This document shows positions 11,505 through 25,193 of a DNA stretch of 64,000 nt, piece by piece. The notes beneath the pieces are model-generated. The model ran no database searches and was not told where the DNA came from. It was given only the letters and a program-made list of their open reading frames with translations. Position 1 is the first letter of the stretch. Each line of letters starts with the position of its first letter. Origin of the DNA: Lytechinus pictus (lineage: Eukaryota); assembly GCF_037042905.1 (NCBI RefSeq), contig NC_087252.1, forward strand, positions 38,068,001-38,132,000, read 5' to 3'. Made by a program: the position numbers and the translations under genes.

Positions 11505-12519
11505 ACATGTATGACTACCAAAAACATTTTTCGACAATTAAAAGAATATCCTAAACGTGATCCAATGTCGTCATGGAAGATTCCACTGACAGTCCTTAGA
11601 AACGCTGTTAAACGGCAATGAAGTTAGTATACATTAGCATCACAATGAAGAATATAGTCTTGAATCACATAGGCACTTGCAGTAACTAAAGTCCAAGTTG
11701 GGGCATTAATCAACGTCCATTGCAAGAGCAAGCGCCATGAGCGCCCAGCTGAGGCGGATACCAGCGCTATACAAGAACCCATCATCATCATCATCATCAT
11801 CATCATTATCTTTATTGTCCATCGGTTTATCCTCTTTTGAAGCACATTAATAAGTTAATTTTCCACTATGTTGATGTAGTCTGAACTTTGTGTCCACATT
11901 GAAGATTAGATATTTTAACAAACGGCATCCAAGGCAACTACGTTGTTCTGTTCATTGTTCTTATTGCAATGTTCATTTTTCATAATGTTCCAAGAATCAC
12001 CATTTGCAGATGACGGCTTCAAGATAATAATTCGCAAAGTCCAAATAATTTTGTAGCAAGTTTCGCAGTAAATATGTTTGAGAGTTCTCCAACGTAAATC
12101 TTCATCCTGAAGTTTATGGCAGCCATGTGCATACATAAACAAGAAATAATAAATATAGGCAAAAAATTCCAATCAAACATGAATTTCAACATGGATTAAA
12201 ATGACTCTTAATATGACAAACCGACATTGTTGTCTACAAAAAAACTGCAATACAGTAACTGTATCTTTCCTGACAGTGATACATTTGTAATAAAGAAATG
12301 TTTTTTCCTTGCATTTTTATTTAGAAAAATGCTCTTAAAAGCAGTAATGTATATACTATCACAAACATGAAATGAATCTGCAATATGACATGCACATAAC
12401 AAAAACTATAACATAATGGTAAGCCTTAGACATTAGCACAGATAAAGAACAAAATATGAAATGCAGCACACATAATTTTCTGTCGGAATCCACCCAATAT
12501 TGGTGAAGGCTTTCTACAA

Positions 12520-14530
12520 TTTACATCTTGCTCATAAAATCTGCTGCAACATTATCCTGACCCCTCACTAATACAAGCCAAAGCCTGTAGTCTTGGAGCA
12601 TTATGCTCCACCTCATGATTCTTTTATTCTCAAACCTCTTTGCTTAAATATACACCAACGATTTGTGGTCTGTATGCACCTCAAACTCACGTCCACATAG
12701 ATAATAGTCAAACTTCTTGATTGCCCATACAATTGCTAAGCACTCTTTTCCTATTGTTGAGTAATACTCTTCCCTAGATAATAGTTTCTTACTCGCGTAC
12801 GCGATTGTAAACTCTTCTCCTGAATGTTCTTGCATTAATACGGCACCTACACCCCTGTCAGATGCATCTACCTTTAATACAAATAACTGATAAAAACAAG
12901 GAAGATGAAGTATTGGACGTGTCACTAGACACTCCTTCAATTTCCTGAATGCCTTTTTTCATCTTCTCCCCACTTAACCTCAGTCGGTTTACCCTTTACT
13001 GTCAAATCTGTCAAAGGCAGAGCAATCTCAGCATAATTTGGGATATAGTCTATAAAATAACCCGTAAGACCTAAGAATGATCGTACCTGTTTCTTTATTA
13101 GTCAGAGGCCTTGGTGACTCAACAAACTTCTTTGTTAGCCTACTACTGGTTTGGATAATACCATCCCAAAGAATATGCCCGAGGAACTCAATGGTATCTA
13201 TTCCCAACGCACATTTGGATGGATGCGCTGCTAAGTTAACCTCGCGCAATCTTTGCAACACCTGATGGTCGCTATGTGCTCTTCTATAAACTCTGTGTAT
13301 GTATTAGAACATCATTGATATAATGAACTACATTGGGAATACATTGCAATATATTACGCATCATCTTGGTAAACTGTGCCCCTGCTGTTACCAAACCAAA
13401 TGGCATGTATTTGAACCTATATTGCCCGCTATGGGTATTAAATGTAGTCTTGTCTTTGTTACTGTCCCTCATTGGGATTTGCCAGTAACCCTTTGTCATA
13501 TCAAGTTTACTGAAATACTTGATTTGCGCCAATCTAACAAACAGATCATTGGGGTCAGGTATGGGTCCTGGATTGAACACTGTAATGTTGTTCAGACGCC
13601 AAAAGTCAATACAAAACCTATTGGACCCGTCCGGTTTCTTTATCATAACTATGGGATGGCCATATGGGGAATCTGCATGATCAATAATTCCCATCCGCAG
13701 CATGGTGTATATTTCTTTTTCTACACTCTCTTGCACTGCCTGAGGCACCTTATATGGGGGAGAACGAATCGGTTAGTCACTCGTTAACTGCAACTTGCAC
13801 TCTGCTGCGCATGTTTTCTTTGGTACATCAGTGAAAACATCCTTATACTCAAATAATAGATCAGATATCTCTCTCTTACGATCCTCTTCAAGAGTCTCAT
13901 TCACCCTGACATGCCTTACAAACTCTTTCTGTTGCATAAATGGCATCACTGGTATCTATCATCCTCACACTCCAGCTCAGAGTCATCACACAGATTCTTA
14001 CTCCCTGTATCAACATCAAAGCAACCAGCCATTGACAAGCTAACTTCCTTTCTTGGAAAGTATTTCTTCAACAGATTAATGTGATATGTTTTGGAAACAC
14101 CATCTACATCTACAATGTAGTTATAGTCATACTTCACACCAACAGCAGGGAATGGACCCTCCACTTCAACAACAACTTGTTCTGATCAGTGGGAAGCAAG
14201 ATCAACACCTGATCTCCAATGCTCAATTTCCTGTTTCTAGCATTTCTGTCATAATGCTTCTTGAACTTTCCTGCAGCACCTATCAATGCTTCTTGAGCTA
14301 GCTCCCACGACTTGACTAATCTCTCCCGAAGCTCTATGACATATTCATACTCATCTTTCAACTCTGGTGTTACCTCATCTTTTGTCCATAATTCACGTAA
14401 CACATCCATGGGACCACGGACATTCCTCCCATACAACAACTCGAATGGGGAATACCTAAGGCTATAATTAGGGGTCTCACGTAATGCAAAGAGGAGTGCT
14501 GGTAAATATATATCCCACCCACGCGGTTCA
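12520..14530 (-). pseudogene. Decayed Ty3/Gypsy pol with integrase upstream of RT-RNase H (Gmr1-type order)
   Basis: In reading order: INT C-part (SPFELLYGRNVRGP...KHYDR...GDQVLILLP...GPF...HINLLK), then RT (RFCIDF, LDMTKGYWQ, MPFGL, YIND), then RH (DASDRGVGAVL, ECLAIVWA, TDHKSL). Several frameshifts; no LTRs seen. Confidence 0.85.
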
Positions 14531-14994
14531 TCATTTTGATTGTCTAAGTCTTAGATTTATTTTTGTTCCCCCCCCCCCATTCTCATTCGGTTAAGGTTTA
14601 GTTAGGTGTTTGTTTGTTGTTGTTTTTTTTCTCATTGAATTTGTGATTATATGATGTTTTAAATATTTTTTTAAGTACAATTTTGGTTTAATATGGGTTG
14701 GCCTCACACAAGGTTTCTTCCTTTTTGGTCACTACCTTCCTCACTTTCTTTAAATTTGATATTCATTGTATTTAAATTGATCCTGAAGAATGAAAAAAAA
14801 AAGAGAGACCATTTACTAAAAGTGAAGGACTTAAAAAATCGAGTAAATTTTCAATCGCTCTGTTCCTCATACCATTGTTGTAAACTAACATTACAAAATT
14901 CACCTCTAATTTTGAAATTGATCGTAATTAACCAATGGTCTACTATTCTGAAAATAATTATGGCGTTTTTTTTTTCAAACATGATGATTTCAAA

Positions 14995-16400
14995 AAGATC
15001 ACATTCGACTTCCTGGAGAACATTACTGTAGTATATATTACTGTATGATTTGCTGTTAGCCATGGATAAACGTAAAGGTGTTTTTATGGTCACGCTTGAC
15101 CGGAAGTCGGCCTTTGACATCATTGATCACACTATATATACACTCTTAAAATGATTGTGCAAAAACATCACTGGGCAACATACTGCCCACACAACTATTG
15201 GTTGTCCAACATTTTATGTGTGTAAATGTCAGTCATTTGCACTCTTCTTTTTGTCGGATGCAGTACTTAATTAGTTTTGGTAGCATTTGAATGATGGACC
15301 ATGTAGAGTGTCAACTGGTAACCCATTATCACAGAGAGTTGATTTGCAATACGGAGTTCCTTAAGGTTCCGTATTAGGACCTCTACTCTTCACTTTGTAT
15401 TCAGGACCACTGGGGATATTCTAAGGCACAACAATGCTGAATTTCATTTATACGCTGATTATGTCCAATTATACCATTATTTTGATCACACATTGCTAAG
15501 CTAGATTTCGCAATGCTTTTTCTTTGATGGAAAAATGTGTTCGGGAAGTTTATGTATGGATGGTAAGACATAAGTTACTCCTAAATGAACAGAAAGCAGA
15601 ATCTCTATTGATTATTTCTCCTAGACTTAGGCACTACTTACCTTACCATATTCATTTGTTAATTGGTGATTATATTGTTCATCCGTCTGAATCTGTCAGA
15701 CCTCTAGGTGTCGAACGGGATTCGTCGCTAACAATGTCTCAACAAGTAAACTTCCTTAGTAAAACGCTCAACTTTCATTTATATAACATATCTAGCATGT
15801 CTAGGGTCAGGAAGATGTTGACAGATGATGTCTGCCGTCATGCTGTTTGCTCACTGGTGTGAAGTCGTCTGGACAATTCCAATTCTCTGTTGTCTAACAT
15901 TTACATTACGGACACACACAGAACCGTGCAGCTCGTATCATCTCAATGGCCAGAAAATGTGATTACGTGTCTCCATTGCTCAAAGAATTTCGCTGGTTGC
16001 CGGTCCAAAAATCATTACTTGTAAAATTGCTTTGTTTGCCTACATGTACTGTATAACCGGATACCGCAACATATTTCATGCCTATTTTCTCCAGTCCAAC
16101 AATCTCACTATTCATTACGTTTTAGATCAGAACCTTTTCGTTACTTTACAAATTCCTAAAATGAACTCCAAGAAAGGTCAGCAATGTATTAGCTTCACTG
16201 GTCCCTGTATCTGCATTAGCATCCCTATCACTATCCGTTCATGTTTTTTCATTACGAGTATTGACAAAAAAAGCTAAAACATATGTGTTTTTAATAATAC
16301 GCCTTTTTGTTTATAGCACTTGGAGAGCAGAATTACTTTTTTTGTCATATCATTGTAAAGCGCTTAGAGTATGTTAATGGAAAGGCGCTATATACATATT
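14995..16400 (+). mobile_element. Degenerate L2 LINE, RT and 3' end
   Basis: SAFDIIDH, GVP*GSVLGPLLF, LYAD, KLLLNEQKAE. L2-type tail AAAGCGCTTAGAG...GGCGCTATATA at ~16357-16395. Confidence 0.8.
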
Positions 16401-16441
16401 TTATATACAGTATGCATGTATGTATTGGAGCGTTGGAGCGT

Positions 16442-16735
16442 GGAGCGTTGTGGCCCAGTGGATTAGTCTTCTGACTTTGAAACAGAGGGTCGTGAGTTCG
16501 AATCCCAGCCATGACGTAATTTCCTTCAGCAAGAAATTACCCACATTGTGCTCTACTCAACCCAGGTGAGGTGAATGTGTACCCGACAAGATTAATTCAT
16601 TGAATGCATGAGCGCTGAAAGGCAGCTCGAGCTAAGGCCGGGGTAATAATAATAATAACACCGTGCCTCGGAGTAGAATATGTCTAGATAGATGGCGCTA
16701 TATAAATGCCTATTATTATTATTATTATCATTATT
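16442..16735 (+). mobile_element. tRNA-derived SINE with L2-type tail
   Basis: Box A TGGCCCAGTGG, box B GTTCGAATCCC, tail GGCGCTATATAAATGCC(TAT)n. Confidence 0.85.
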
Positions 16736-18960
16736 GTTTTTTTGTATTATCTTCCCCAATACAAGACATTTTATGACAATGAATGATTTCAGCTTATTTT
16801 GATAGTATTTTGAAAAGAGCCACACTCGCTTACTTTGCTGTCATATCAACTATGCATTATATATATTTATATTTTTCTTCATGCATTACACACGATTTAT
16901 GCGCAAACAATATACTCCTTTATGAAAAATGGAATGGTTCTTGATTGCATGCACCCCTGGAAGGAGTTTAATTGACACCACCAAATAAAGCCTGAAGGTG
17001 TACAATTGGTTCCAGTGTTGTGTCCGGGTCCAGTCAGTCCGAGTCCGGTATGTCCGAATCCGAGTCCGGCACATGTGCAAATGTATTACATTAACAATCA
17101 ACATCAACTTTCTCATTCAAAATATCTGTACTTTAGAAAATAGATATGCATACAAACGCACAAAAATAATTATAAGACGAAAGTATGCAGCTGATTTCAG
17201 TTTTAAAATTATGCGTAGTTTATTAAAAAAATCCTCAGAAACATACCAAGATAAAGTGTTCACTTGTGTCTAAGCACCCTTCCCGTTTTATATTAAAGAA
17301 AAAAAATTATACAACCCTTATACGTGTAAATGTATTTTGAGAAAATATTTTGCCAGATCGGATGCACTGAAGGTATTCTATTACATTAAAGTGAAATTCA
17401 GATACACACATAATGAAATATATCAGAAATTAAGGTTTAAAATATATTGTTACTTGAGTTACCATAATCAGTACCCGAGTACCAAAATATCTTCAAAAAA
17501 CTAAAAAAAAAAAAAAAAAAGTAATTGATACATTTAAAAATGTTGAAAGGTATTAACATTCTTTAAAAATGCTTTCGAAATTTTGTATTCATCAGAAAAT
17601 GTTCAATTATAGCATATCAAAGGCAGTGGGCAAGACCTCGCATGACTTTGATAAAGCATTGATTCAACTGTATATTGTGAATATGTCCTAGATAATGAAT
17701 AATCATGACTTGTGAACAATTCTTTGATAAACGGTCGAATCATTTTATGTATAATTAATATTCACGAGATCATGTGTGAATAAATTGCATAAAATGTAAT
17801 TGGAATTATTTCATAAAATAAAAAATGGTTATCAAGGCAGCTACCAACGGATTCTTATCATTATCAGAAACACGGGACGATCCTTGTAGCATGAACCAGG
17901 CACGACTCTCATTCCCCGTTTAGATCTACCATCAAACGCGAGGTAACCTAGGAGGCTACCGCAGGTAGTCCTTTGTCCACTGTAGATCTAAACGGTCTCG
18001 GCAAAAAAGCACATAGCTTGAATCTGAGGTAATCGCGAGGTAAATACTACCCTTGACAATCTAGCACAATCGCGAGGTCACACGGCGCGATCCTCTGTTG
18101 GACTCTAGACTGGGGCCTTGTTCATCGCGAAAACAGGCAGCCATTTTTTCCGTGGGTGTACACATACTATTGTTATACCATAGGGATTGCATAGACATTT
18201 GACTACTAATAACGTTCTCCGTGATCCAACTTGGCTGAACTTTGTGTCAGTGATGTTTAAAAATATCTTGTGAAATTTGAAAAATTTTGGAGTATTAAAA
18301 CTGCTTGCATAAGCGCAAAAATTACCTGGTCTCGTGCCGGATTTTTCACCGAGTCATCGAATCTGGGGCCCTCACGGACTCGAGTCACACATCACTATAC
18401 GTGTTTAACATAGTGGTCATGGGTGTCGATCGGTGTCCATGGTTGGGGGGGGGGGGGGGCGACTGACACAATTTTTTTTCTTTGTGAGCATTTAAAAAAA
18501 ATATTGTTTAGGAGGGCGGGGGGAGGGGGGGGGGCGGTCAGTGGCAGAATGATTATCAAATTTGTAGGGGGTTAGACATGGTGCAAATGGCAACATCAAA
18601 CAAGAAGCTGCGAGCAAGCAAACATGTTGCTTTTTTATATGTAAAATCTTTAATATTGTTATAGGTTTTGCAATGATATTTAATATATGTATATATATAT
18701 ATCGTATTTCACTAAATTTCTTTTCCCATTCTTTTCCTTTTATTTTTTCCAGCAAGTTTGCCGCCTACTTACCATTTATATTACTTTCGTATCTTAGATT
18801 TAATCTAATCATCTTGGAGATAACGTAATAGTTATCACCAAGAGTGTATGAAATTTTTGATATTGGAATTGATTTTATTTAGAGTTTTATTTGATTATCA
18901 TCGGTGATCTCGCCACACTTCTTGCCTCCAAAAAATAACTAATTGTCATAATGATAAAAC

Positions 18961-21900
18961 TAATAATAATTTGATTTATATAGCGCTTTTTCAGAAGATA
19001 CAAAGCGCTGTTGATGGCATAAGACAAGTTAAGGTTTATGGTTATATAAGTGTGTTTTAAGACGTTTTTTGAAGAGGTCAAGAGAAGAAAGGTTTCGAAG
19101 AGATGGAGTTTGTTCCAAGAACGGGGGGAAAGAGATTGAACGGAGTTGAAACCGGCTAGTTTTCTTTATTTTGGAATGACATAGGAAGGAGCAGCTGCAG
19201 AACGAAGAGAGTATGTATATCTTTGTTGCTGAAATAATGAAGAAATGTAAGAAGGAAGTGTAGTTGACAGATATTTATAGGTTTGAACAAGTACTCGATA
19301 ATGTATTCTATCAAAAACAGGTAGCCAATGTAGTTCATTTAGAAGAGGGGTAGCATGACGCCATTTTGGTTTTTGACAGATTAATCGCGCACATTTGTTC
19401 TGAAGGCGTTGAAGTCTTCCAAGACGTTGTTTACTAATACCCCCAAGCAAGCAGCCACCACAGTCAAGCCTGGAGAGCACAAGTGCCCTAACAATATTAT
19501 AACATGTGCCCTTATCAAGGAAACTTTTAAGGTGATTAAGATTACATATTTGCCAGTTGAGTGTACGACACAAGTATCTAATATGTTTAGTCATTTTCAT
19601 TTCACTATAAAAAACAACTCCTAAATCCTTAATGGTTAAAGATATTGGAATATCTATGTCATTAAAGGAAAAAGAAAGGTCAAGGAACCGATTAAGATGT
19701 GTAGGAGATGCAGCAACAAAGAACTCTGTTTTACAAGAAATTAATTTTAATAGATTATCAACAAGCCACAACTGAATGTCAGACAAAGATTTTGAAATCC
19801 GAAAATACGTGCAGGCTGCATTTCCAGGCTTGATATGATAAAAAATGGTGAACATCTGAATGGCATCGGCATAAACATGATACTGATAAGAGTGTCGACT
19901 GATGATGCTTCCAGTATTACGAATGTAGTATGTAAACAAATGAGGCCCAATAATTGACCCTTGCGGTATACCAAACTTCTAATGGTTTCTTACTTGAAAT
20001 TGACCCTTTTATGTGTACTCGACTAGACCTGTTGTTAAGATACGATTGAACCAGGAAAGAGCATTATTACATAGGCCAAATTCATCCGCCAACTTTGCAA
20101 AAGGATTTTGTGATCTACCGTATCAAAGGCAGATGAGAGGTCAAGCATTAATAACAAAACAGCTTGCTTATTGTCAATTGCACAATTCATATCATTCTGT
20201 AGACTAATCGGTGTAGTTTCAGTGCTATGTGCCTCACGATATGCAGACTGCATTGGATCGAGTAAACTATTCTGTGTAACAAAAGTAGATACCTGTTTGG
20301 AAACAGCCTTCTCAATCACTTTGCCAACAAATTGCATGTTAGACACAGGTCGATAACTACTTAAACAATCTTTGTCCAGAGTAGACTTCTTGAAAACCGG
20401 TGTTATAATGGACCACTTAAGACTCTCTGGGGAAAACACCAGTATACATTGACAGGATACGTGAAAGTACTGGAAGTAAAACAGACAAATGCTTCTTAAC
20501 CAGCCATGTAGGCATGGGATCCAAAGTGTAAGATTTTAAGGAACACTTGGAGATCATACGTTGTAAGACATTCTCACTCACAGTATCGAATTTATCAAAA
20601 GTTGAATCAAGTTTACATGTATTTGAAGATACGTTAGATACACTACAATTATTTGGAACAGTGCCCTCTATATCATCCCTAATTTTAGAAACTGTACTGG
20701 CAAAATGATCTGAGAAACTTTCAGCAAGATCTGAAGAGTTGGTAGACACAGGAAGGACATTACTACTGGCATTGAGCAATTCGTTGACAGTCTTATACAT
20801 GTCAATAGTATTACACGAAGAAAGTTTGTTACGATAATGTTTTTTTCTTAGCATAAACTACAACATCGACTACATTCCGCTGGGCCTCAATATAAAGTCT
20901 ATAATCAGTATCTGACTATGATTTGTGCCAACGTCTCTCAGCACGTCGTCTGGTACGTCGGGCTTCATTTACATCATCGGTGTACCAGCTAGGCTTCACC
21001 CGAACAGACATTGACCTTGTTGATGCAGGGGCGTGGGCGTCCAGGACTTCACGACAAGCTTTGTTGTATTGTAGCACAAGATCATCTATGTCACTACTAT
21101 CACATTCCATGATTGAGTTAGAGAAAGATCCTTTATAGAGAACTGATCGTGATCTATTCACTTAAACTTTCTGGGAACACGAACGTCACTAGAAGTAACT
21201 GGCTTCTTTAGATCAAGATCAAACTTTATCATAGAGTGATCAGAGTGGAGGATCTGATCAACGAAGCATGTCTGGATGATATTGTCACTGTCCTTAACGA
21301 TGACAAGGTCAAGGGTATGTCCAAAACGATGAGTGGATGAACAAGCTGCTTGATGTTAAGTGAGGTAAGCAACAAGTTGAAGTTTCTGACCTCAGGCTTG
21401 CTTGGACAGTCCATGTGAAAGTTAAAATCTCCCATGACCACAAGTCTGTTCGGTAGCAGACCTGCACAGCTGAGTACTTCCTCAAATTCTTCAAAAATGT
21501 TGATGATGGCAGAAATCCAGAAGGAGGCCTGTAGATAACACGAAAATTGACTTGCGGGTTTCTAAAAAGAGCAAACTCAAAAGAGCTTACTTCAGGGAGG
21601 GCATCAGAACAATCCTGCAGCTTCACATTGCTATCTTACACTGCAAAGATCCCTCCACCACGACAAGAAGTTTTTCGAGGAACACTGAGAACGGAGAAGC
21701 CAGGTGGACAAATCTCACCAAGGATGACCCGGTCATCCTGCTGAAGCCATATCTCTGTTAGGAAGGTGATGTCAAAGTCATTGTCGATGATCAAGTCACA
21801 CAGTAGAACACTCTTGTTGCAAACTGACTGTCTATTCCAGAGGCATGCTGTCACAGTTCCACACCTACTCGTATTACCTCGAAGATTTCCGGCGGCTCTC

Positions 21901-22430
21901 ACTGAACGATGCTCAGCCTTGTTCTTGTCCTTCCTCCTATCAGCTCTTGTTCCACACCGAGTAATATGCTTCCTGTGGATTATCAATTCCTTGATATGTG
22001 ACCATACATCACAAGGCAGCTTAAAATCACAGTTCGATTCAAGAAGTTCAGATCTAGTCAGACCCATTATGTTAGTATCCACTGAGAACAATGGATGAAT
22101 AGGTATAACAAAGAAACAAGATTAACAGGGATTTATACAATAAAAGTGTTCTGGTATAAGCCAAAGGCTTCTCAATAGAACGTGTGTACAATGCATACAT
22201 GGAAGCCATGGGCATAGCAAATTAAACCAAACTAGACCTACGAACACTAAACTATTTATCATAGAAATACATCGATTCTAGAGCACAAAACCTTCCGAAA
22301 GTGGTCCTGTAAGATCAGTGATATATAATAAACAGGATGTCACAATTTATAAACATAAAGATAGAGATAAACACACAAATGAACCAAAACTTGCAGAGCA
22401 AAATACAAGTGCTGCCTGTGATGCGCTCTA
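18961..22430 (-). mobile_element. Near full-length but frameshifted L2 LINE (APE-RT)
   Basis: Fragments FLTEIWL, RGGGI, IYRPP, MGDFNFH, LDPMPTW, YRPVSN, QSAYREAHSTET, LDLSSAFDTVDH, YHVYAD, LHWLPV. Tail AGCGCTATATAAAT(TTA)n. Confidence 0.88.
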
Positions 22431-25193
22431 AAGTATTTCGACTATGTGCAAAATTTAATTCCAACTTCTCAATCAAAAAAGCGATATGTTTCAGTGCAAT
22501 GTATTAGTTTAAAATAAAGATAAAGCAATTTCTGTCCCATTTCAATAGAATAATGTTGATAGTATGGTAGTTCTGAAAATCATTAATAAAACAGTCGAAC
22601 GTTGCCATTGTATACAATTGTTTGAAGTAATTCTCAATTACATTTGAAATTGGAATAAAAATATCTAGAGAGAGAAAAAAGACCAATATTACTATCATAA
22701 ATCGGATGTAATCCAATACGGTCGCTGAGTATGTATTATGTAGGATTTGAGTATATGGTTATTAAAGAGGGGACTCAACGGTTTTGCAACTTGAATACTA
22801 CATTGTCAGATTGTTGTATATGGCTTCAGAATAATGGAAAACTGTACATTTCATAATTAAACATGTGTTGTTTATATAAATGATCAAGTAAATTATACAT
22901 AAACATATCTGGACATTACATGCAATTATGTTAGTATTTAAATACCTTCCAGTGCAGTATATTGATAAAAGCGTAGAAATTTATAGATTTTTTTTCAAAA
23001 CTACATAATAAAATAAACATGTTTTTAAAGAATTTTCAAATGGAGCAAACAATGTGCACAATATTCCAAATAGGATTATAAAAAAAAAGCTGCAAAGCGG
23101 GGGGGGGGGGGGGGGGGGGGGGGGCTGACCATGCAAGCAATAAAGACATATTACAAGAAGATGGAAAACACGTTGCTTTCTGTCCGTTTTATTGAATGTA
23201 TGTGTGTCGGGTGTGGGGGGGGGGGTGGGTGGGATGAAGCTTCCTTAGCCACCTAGTCTATGCAAATATTTAAAATAGTGTGATTTTCAGTCAATTGAAC
23301 CAGGTTTCGGTGTCGGTTACTTGATTACGATACTTACAACAATAAAACAGTCATAACTGGCTTATCTCTAATGTGAATATATATATTTCCAAAAGAAAAA
23401 AATATTTTACTTCTTTGCAATGGTTCTTATAATTTTGTAGAGTAAAACCAATTTCAGTTTCGTGTTTCATCATTTACAATATAACTGAATAAATGACACA
23501 AGTACGCCTATGATTTTAAATATTTGCCTCTTAAGATATATTCAAACTTACACTGAAAGTATATTGGATAGACATGCACTTCCTCATTTCATTTTACTAC
23601 ACTACAAATGACTGTATGATATATCGCAATTTAAACACGTTTTTATTCGAGAAAGAATTATCAGCCACTACCTTCAATAGCAACCCCTTCTTATCATATG
23701 AAGGCTTTGATTACGTTTTGTAGAAATTTAGATGTTTATCCCTTATCGTCCACCTATCTTTAAACCAAACTTAGATATAACTCTAAAATCACAAATCTAT
23801 CGCTGAGCATGTCTGGATTATCTCTGATACTTAGTTTTTTTAATATAACGTAAGTACATCGCTTTGGGAAAAAGATTGCTTGAATGTTCTATTACTATAG
23901 ACAGATTTGGAGAAGCTAGACTGCATTTTTGTATTTGATTTCAACCATTATTATCCACAATGCACTTCCGGGTTTTCTCCCAGTGAATTGACTGATATTA
24001 TGGTAAGTCTTATGTCAGGCCATTTAACTTTTGTTCGAGCTGGACAAGTACCCGATTAACATATCTAGTTTTTCTTTATTGTTCATTGTGATTAATATCA
24101 GTGAATTAAAGCGAAATCTATCAAGGGATTGATTTTTGATTAGTTTTTGATGAGCTATGATTTAACACGTGAATGAATGGGGGTCTGTAATGCTCATGTG
24201 TTCCCTAAATAGTGTGACCTCTCTTCGTCTTTCTCTTTCCTCCGCAATATTCGATCATGTCGATTCGTGTCCCATCCCAGTTCGGTTTTCAGCTCAGTGC
24301 TATCTTGTCACGATATGTTTATTCTTCTGAAATTCAAAACCAACGTTTACTTATTTCGTAAACTATTTTTTTCTTCTTTAAGTAATTCTTTCATCAATAT
24401 TTAAAGGGAATGTTTGAAAATGTGAAAGGAGGTCGTGGCATAAGTCATAAGTGATAAGATGAATGTTTGCAAAAGTGCAAATCATGAAAGGTTATCGTGA
24501 AGTATCTGTTTAATGACTTCATATAACATTATTGTAGTCTATGGTTGGGATAAGTTTTGGGACAATTCCGGTCACTTCCCTTATTCATACATCGCTGTAG
24601 GTGATGCTAATCACCACATATTTTCAGGATCTATCTTAACCGTGGAATTTAGACTTCATAACATGATTTAAGTTAAAACCAGCTCATTTGAAATAAAGTC
24701 CTTCTATTTTCTCTTTAATCACATCATAGTTACTTCAGGTTCTTGAACAAAATTTCCCGGTATTTACCCGATGATATTACGGGTTTTATGTACATGAAAT
24801 AAACTTACAAACACATAGAATGCTAATCAACCTTTGGAAATATAGGGGTAGGGCAACTGTCTCCCCTTGTCACGCTTCCAAATTTCGTTTACAGTAATGA
24901 AAAATCCATATTTAATCTCCTTTCTTATTTACATCACAGTTTTCACAATTTTGTTTTCTTATAGCATACTGTTAAAGATGGACAGTATATAATATGTATG
25001 GAGTGCTTTTATTACAATCGTGAACATTTTTGTTTATATTCCGGCGATGCAATACTAAAAAGAACATGGTTGCAGTTCCATGGAATAACGTATCGTGTAT
25101 AGGCCCAAAGATAAAGCTTCGAATTTGCATTATTTTTTTAAACTATGTGTTGATATAAGTAGCTTGATCCTTGAGATTGTTTTGTGTTTGTAC

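Noticed and set aside
16442-16515. tRNA gene
   Set aside because: The tRNA-like head continues into a SINE body and tail, with a second copy at 9447-9733.
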